In this document: positions 58,901 to 64,000 of the stretch, piece by piece
Numbering within the stretch: the stretch's first letter is position 1
Layout of the letters: every line of letters starts with the position of its first letter
Origin: Botryllus schlosseri
Lineage: Eukaryota
Assembly: GCA_051294905.1 (NCBI GenBank)
Contig: CM119383.1
Span: 6,944,001-7,008,000 of the forward strand
Direction: 5' to 3'
DNA: 64,000 bases
Notes under the pieces: model-generated
What the model was told of the DNA's origin: nothing
Seen by the model: the letters and a program-made list of their open reading frames with translations, nothing else
Databases searched by the model: none
Program-made: the position numbers and the translations under genes

Positions 58901-61900
58901 CAAAAGCCATAAATTCTGCAATTGGCAAATACTTGTTAGATAATCACGCCTGTGCGAAAAATTATCGAGACGACAGATTTCGCGTGGTCGGAAGGGGCCG
59001 TTAGCACTTTCATTTGTGTGCCTTGGAGTAGGCTTTTATCAAAATACACCAGCCAAGGCTGTGTCAACAAAAAGAGTTTGGGTATCATCCAGTGGCGTAG
59101 ACAGCGGGGGATAATCGGTGTCCAATATCCCCCGTTCCCAAGCTCAAACTACCCCTCCTCTTGAATCCAAAATCGAGCTCTCTGTTATTATCTTAGTATA
59201 ATCACTTGCTGCTCATTCGTGATTAGATGCCCAATCAGCGTCTTCACAGAACAATAAATGCGAAGATACCATTTTTTCTCCTATTCCTCTCTCTCTGTGA
59301 CAGCGGGAGTAATTAGCGTATCGCATTACATTGCAGCCGACCTAGGCTTGCATAGTTAGAGATAGCAGATCCCTAAAGTACCAAAACAGACTGTACTAAT
59401 CAAATGTCCGATCTGGAATCTATTATGTATTGATCCAATTTGCGATGATTTAGTTCGGTTGTTGTGTAGATTTCCAGTCTTTGCGTGTCTCGGGCCTCTG
59501 ACGCATCTGCTGATTGTCCTGTTTTAACGCACTTGGCTACATGTGCAGTAGTAAAAACATCGGAGGCTAGGAAAATTAGGCCACTCCCACTCCGTGACTC
59601 GAGGCGCGTGATAGTGCTATCAATGTTCGATCAGGGATATCTAGGTTTCTAGATATCCCTGTGTTCGATGTAACGTTGTAATGATGAGAAGTTATAGTCT
59701 TGGCCTAGACAATTTGCGATTGTCACGTTTGCACCGCAAACGCATTTGGGAATGCTTGTTCGTTGCAGCGTGAGCCTGCGCCGCTGTTATTCACGAGATA
59801 CAATCGCACAAGCTCGAGCGTTAATTGGTCTTTACTATCTCCACACACCAAAATGCTACACCATCTTAGCAGACAGTAGACATCGCATTGATTTAAAACA
59901 AATTTGATCCAGATCATGTGCAATAACAGGCTACAATAGGCAACAGACTAATTCATTTGCGCATCTTCCCTGTTCGTATTTGATCGCAAAATTGAGACAT
60001 CTCCCGCTGTGTTGTAATATGATCTGCACGCGATTATTTGATAACGATCCTCACTTTGGTAATTAGTTCATGATACCTCGCTGTCTCTCTTTCTGCTGTT
60101 ATCTTAGCTTATGTGTTGTGGTGTTGTATTTAAATCGTACAACATGGCTATATATATGCGAATGATGAAGTCACAAACACAAGAAAGATTATCTGACCAT
60201 TGTAGTATCTGCATTTGTGTATACAATTAACCTGATGAATCGGTTAGAACTGGAACATCATTTTTTGAAGCATTCTCCTTTCTTAAAAAATACCCCCCTT
60301 TTTTTGAAATATCCCCCGTTTTTTATCGGCTGGCTACGCCCCTGGATCATCTAAAAATAGTACATTAAACGCTCTCGTATCCGACATTTCATACTGGTGA
60401 CGTCATGTTTTGTGATACAGTTGTTGATATACGATTTTCTTTTGAATTGTGTACTACTTGCTGACGGTTACCCTGACGACTGTCTTCCGAAAATATTTGG
60501 GTTCATTTCAATATGAAATATTTGTATTGTATTCATTTGTATATTGAAGGTCTGTACTTCCAAGGAGTTGCTCATAGTAATATATCATCCCTAGGTCGTT
60601 GTACACAAGGGATAGTGAAAATTTATTAACTACAATATGTATGAAATAGTATGTCTAGCTGGTATCTCGGCATTTCCACGTAGTTTTGAACCTGAAGTCA
60701 CATGGCCCAATCACATCACTTTTGGTTAGCTGCGTACCTGAAAAAACCCGGAAAGCGTGAGGGCGGCGTCTGGCAGGTTATCGATCGTGTGAACGATGCC
60801 ATAGATCATGCTAGATGCGGTCATCAAGTATTTTAGGGCCTTTTTCACGAAAACCCTTGGATCATTTTTTTCATACTGGTCCTATTTACTGACTTGTTTT
60901 CATTAGCTATGGCACGCTCAAGTCTACTCTGGTACTTTGAAAATTTTTGTTGCCGGGGCTAACCGTTGGAAATTTTGTCTCAGGCGTCGGCGTGCCCTGT
61001 ATGCTGCTCTACGTGTACGGCGTCGTGCCTTTCTCCATCTGCCGCAACGGCTGCTACGGCGGTTCCACCCGGGACGCCGCCGAACGGGCTCGCAACACGC
61101 TCAGAATCGATCTGGTGTCGCCGAACGTGCCGTCGATCGCCGCCTTGCAGAACGCTTTCGATTCCGTCAGCTTGCCGGGGCCGAGCACGCGAGGAGGTGA
61201 GAAGGGGTGCTTGTTTCTGTCTGGGTGTCGAGTTATCGTGAATGCACTCTTCGAACCCAAGCTGTTGTCATCAGGGCTGTGGCGTGGTTTTGGCCGCGAT
61301 CAAATACCGGCGTCACGCTCATTTTACATTGGCAATACACGTTCGCTTTTCTCAGCTAAACAAGGAAACTTGAGTATCGGCGAGGCCAGCGTTGGCGGGC
61401 TGACAATGCTGAGCTATACCGGATCTCAGGCAAGTGCGGAAAACCGTATCGACGCTGACAGAGCGAGCACCACCGCCATGGCAGGTATGCTCGAATCTTT
61501 ATGTACTGCGATACTGAATCTAATACGCCATTCAAAATCGAGTCGCTGGGGTCCTCGATTTTGCCTAGCCCCTTTCGGAAATATTGGCCCGCTCTTCGAC
61601 TTTTGAGAGTTCTTACTTCTTGGGTCGATCTGATGTGCATTGTGTCGAGCCTGTATGAATTTGTCTAGGTGCCAGCATCACGGGCAGCATTACCGGCAGT
61701 ACGGTTGCGACGATTGAAGCGGCGGTCGGCCGGTAAGTACATACGATTGTGCCTCAACGAGTGGCTGATAACGTGACGGCCGTTTTCCGATTCAGACCGA
61801 AAGACACCGACCAAATCTCCGCCAACGGTCCAAACGTTACATCCGTGCAAGTAAGAGAGGTTGTGGTTAACTGGAAGAAATTCTGCGAATTTCTAGTCCA

Positions 61901-62906
61901 TACAAGTTGAAGTAGTGATTTATCAGGATATGGTAATATCAGTTCGGGTAGCAGTAGTAAACAGGCGATATGAAGGGTACTCGGGGTAAATTGAGATTGA
62001 GATAAGACTCGTATTAGTGCAGAATTTCCTATGGTGTCATTACTTTCCCAGATAGGTGTGTAGTTGTGGCTTTGAAACTATATTATATCATGGTCATGTA
62101 AGCTCGGAAGGGTTGTATTGACTATTTTTGCTTCAAAAAGTGACACTAATCTATCTGGAAGCTATTTTTGGCTGGACAAAAACAAAACCTACTCTGAACT
62201 AAGTCTGCATCGCAATTTGTCCAATTCATTTAGATGCGACTTTGAAATCGTGTGGCTGACATTAAGCTTTGTATTGTGTAATATACCTACCCCATTTTTT
62301 TTCACTGAAATTTTTCTTCGGGCGGGAATCTGTTGTACAGTCCCATTTTAACGTTTTCAGGTACACATGCGTGACGACGTGTCCGTGCACAGCACGTCAA
62401 GCTACACGCCTTCGACGAGCAGCGCCACCAGCAAGACGTACCCTTCAAAGTCGTTCGGGTCGAAGAGGAAATCCCAAAAAGGTTAGGAATGCTGTTTAAG
62501 ATTCCGGCGCTTTTATCGCTACATGTTTGCCCGTCCGCAGTCAAAGTGTCGACGGCGAGAAAGTCTTCAATGCCTCGTAAAATTTCGGAGGAAGTCCCCA
62601 GGTGCGCGACGAATTGTTCTTCAAAATGCACGGATACGGCCGACGCGCACGATTCCGACTTGTCTCCAGATGCTGCAGGTAAGACGGACACCAGTAAATT
62701 TTGCTCTTTTAGGCCCATAATCAGGCCGTGTTATTTTTGGCATTTCAGGAGCCAGATGCCAAAACTGCCAAAAATAAAAATTTGAAAATGCCAAAAATAA
62801 GCAATTTTTGGCATATGCCAAAAATAACACGGCCTGCCAAATAGTGTATTTTGTTCATGGTGTTGTGTTAACAGGACCGCGTTACAAGCGAGAAGAGCGT
62901 TTCTGA
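43933..62906 (+). CDS. RNF19A: RNF19 family (Dorfin-like) RBR E3 ubiquitin ligase: RING1-IBR-RING2 plus hydrophobic membrane segments; 17 coding exons
   Basis: Exons: 43933-44012, 45856-46034, 47023-47120, 48706-48800, 50905-51069, 54547-54640, 56194-56299, 56367-56505, 57897-58059, 58121-58229, 60984-61196, 61356-61484, 61669-61732, 61796-61850, 62361-62481, 62541-62678, 62875-62906. Peptides [128 protein letters not shown] and [11 protein letters not shown] are characteristic of RNF19A/B. The first and last exons are less certain, and the A versus B assignment cannot be resolved. Confidence 0.92.
44385..44520 (-). mobile_element. Penelope-like 3' fragment with degenerate hammerhead
   Basis: CCCGTCAGGGGTAATCGTCCGCAACTAG...AGAACATTGTA...AAATATGACGT matches 8290-8400; the minus strand gives CTGACGG-GTATCAGCT-GAAA-ACAT-TC. 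Confidence 0.6.
47255..47772. mobile_element. Full-length foldback MITE (518 bp), TAGGGCT termini, hAT-like
   Basis: Outer TIR ~100 bp (TAGGGCTCTTCGAAAATGAC... / ...GTCATTTTTGAAGAGCCCTA), plus an inner near-perfect hairpin 47335-47545. ATGCTCAT occurs at 47247-47254 and 47779-47786. Confidence 0.88.
47815..47998. repeat. ~60-bp tandem repeat, 3 units
   Basis: GTCAAAG...TATTCCT...TTTTC(T/A)GTT(A/G)ATAG...AATTTGCAAGTTGTG repeated three times. Confidence 0.75.
55510..55645. mobile_element. hAT MITE, CAATGTTCCCTC family (empty version of 36841-37341)
   Basis: CAATGTTCCCTCTAA / TTCGAGGGAACATTG; shares GCGCACTCACCAACT and CAGTGCGTAACGACTAAA with the 36841 copy. Confidence 0.8.
58333..58366 (-). 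ncRNA. Hammerhead ribozyme motif (Penelope left arm)
   Basis: ACCC-CTGACGA-GTGTCAGCC-AAAA-ATAT-TC-GGGT; G12 appears mutated to A, stem III palindrome AATATT. Confidence 0.6.
59090..60344. mobile_element. Non-autonomous hAT element (1255 bp) inserted in the Penelope right arm
   Basis: TIR CAGTGGCGTAG / CTACGCCCCTG; TSD GTATCATC (59082-59089) versus G-ATCATC (60345-60351). The uninterrupted left arm reads GTACCATCTAAAAATAG across this site. Confidence 0.85.
59632..59661. mobile_element. 30-bp hAT-like mini-element (TIRs only)
   Basis: CAGGGATATCTAG-GTTT-CTAGATATCCCTG with perfect 8-bp flanking direct repeat TGTTCGAT (59624-59631, 59662-59669). Confidence 0.75.
60470..60502 (+). ncRNA. Degenerate hammerhead motif (Penelope right arm)
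   Basis: ACC-CTGACGA-CTGTCTTCC-GAAA-ATAT-TT-GGGT; stem II closing pair broken. Confidence 0.5.
62722..62836. mobile_element. 115-bp palindromic MITE
   Basis: CAGGCCGTGTTATTTTTGGCA / TGCCAAAAATAACACGGCCTG with internal TGCCAAAAAT repeats; TSD not clear. Confidence 0.75.
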
Positions 62907-63764
62907 AAAGCAGGTTTCTTAATCTGGGTCCTGCGCACCCATTAGGGGTGAAAGCATGGTGTCCTAAATGGTGTGGGCACAGCGAGATTGAACTGCTGAC
63001 TGCATTTGGTTTACGTCATACTTTCCATTTGTCCAAAGGCAATTTTACGACCAGTTTTGACCGGCTTGTCGAGCGCTAAATTTGATGAAACGGGTATTAA
63101 TGAGAAGCTGCCGCAGTGCTAATTATTAAACTATAATTTATATTCTTCTCATGGAACTGGAACCCCCAAAATCAACCACAATTTTTGCATTGTGATCGAG
63201 TTGAACATTGTGACCCAACAAACTGTCTGGCTATTTCTGAGCTGCATAGTCTGGTTTTGCCAGACAGTCTTGTTGCGTCAATGTTCTTAAACAAGCTAAC
63301 CTTCCCAGGACTCTTCCACGCGAGTTGGTAATATTAATGCCACCTGAAGTGACAAAAGTCCTCCGAAAATATATCGGTAGACTGAAGGAGAAATGATAGT
63401 CGGGCTACTAAATAGAATGTGTTGAGAGACAACACAGGAAACTCCTGGAAAAGGATCAGGAAGAAAATTCTTTCCGCGATGAGATCGATGGCACTGGCGA
63501 AGTGATCTCTTTTCATGATGCATGGAAGCCGGTTCGGTGCTCCAAAGATTTTGAAGCTCTGAAAACCTTTTGTGGATGACTGGCAACATTCTTTCCCTCA
63601 ACGGCTACTGTTGAAGCCGATATTTCCCAGATTCGCTGCGCGAGAAATGAATTTAGGAGAAACTTAGCTGACCTGAGTTTGGATGCACTGTTACAGTGCA
63701 AACGATTTAAGTCTATTCAACAGCTGTAACAATCAGCTGTTTAGCGTGGTTGTTAGGCTTTTCG

Positions 63765-63915
63765 TTCTTTTTTTTTGCTTATTGGCACCGATTCCGATGG
63801 ATACTGCACATTTTGTGGTTTCGTTTGATATTATTAACCTATGAAATCGTTAGGTTTTTTCTTATTGTTTGTTGGCACTGATTATACGTGGATGCTGCAC
63901 ATTTTGTGGTGTCTC
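63765..63915. repeat. ~90-bp tandem duplication downstream of RNF19
   Basis: GGCAC(C/T)GATT...TGGAT(A/G)CTGCACATTTTGTGGT occurs at ~63784 and ~63873. Confidence 0.6.
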
Positions 63916-64000
63916 TTGACACACTAGCCCAATTAAAGCGTTTTTGTGACTAATTCGAGGCTGAAACTATCTATTTAGAGGACGATGCCAAAACTAAACT

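Larger units (their letters stand above)
58300..60545. mobile_element. Penelope-like retroelement remnant as an inverted (head-to-head) pair of 3' ends with decayed GIY-YIG endonuclease
   Basis: Minus copy ~58815-58300 reads [25 protein letters not shown]...[13 protein letters not shown]. Plus copy 58823-59089 + 60345-60545 reads ...[22 protein letters not shown]...HLKI. Both match the C-terminal pattern of Penelope GIY-YIG domains. The arms are mutual reverse complements and each ends in a hammerhead motif. Confidence 0.85.

Noticed and set aside
58289-60588. 13-bp direct repeat CATAGTAATATAT on both sides of the Penelope palindrome as a TSD
   Set aside because: The right copy lies ~30 bp beyond where arm symmetry ends and the sequence is AT-rich; cannot be supported without an empty-site allele.
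1-64000. tRNA, rRNA or snRNA genes and non-canonical introns
   Set aside because: No cloverleaf or rRNA-like sequence recognised; all modelled introns are GT-AG.

Overview
Eukaryotic (animal) genomic DNA, AT-rich, with many ~55-70 bp canonical GT-AG introns. An invertebrate chordate such as an ascidian is plausible, but that is only an inference. Two intron-rich genes lie on the + strand. (1) RanBP2/Nup358, 5'-truncated by the window, 1-40321, with 62 exons I could chain in frame. It has five Ran-binding domains, two RanBP2-type zinc fingers, FG repeats, two widely separated IR-like (SUMO E3) motifs and no visible cyclophilin domain. (2) An RNF19-type RBR E3 ubiquitin ligase, ~43933-62906, 17 coding exons. 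The introns are full of non-autonomous DNA transposons: several hAT families with 8-bp TSDs including nested ones and a 30-bp mini-element, a TTAA piggyBac derivative, and a TA-flanked Tc1/mariner-type MITE. They also hold Penelope-like retroelement remnants carrying minimal hammerhead ribozyme motifs, including a ~2.2 kb inverted pair with two further levels of nested insertion. Gene models were built by hand from splice signals, reading-phase continuity and remembered similarity to the human proteins; no database search was run.
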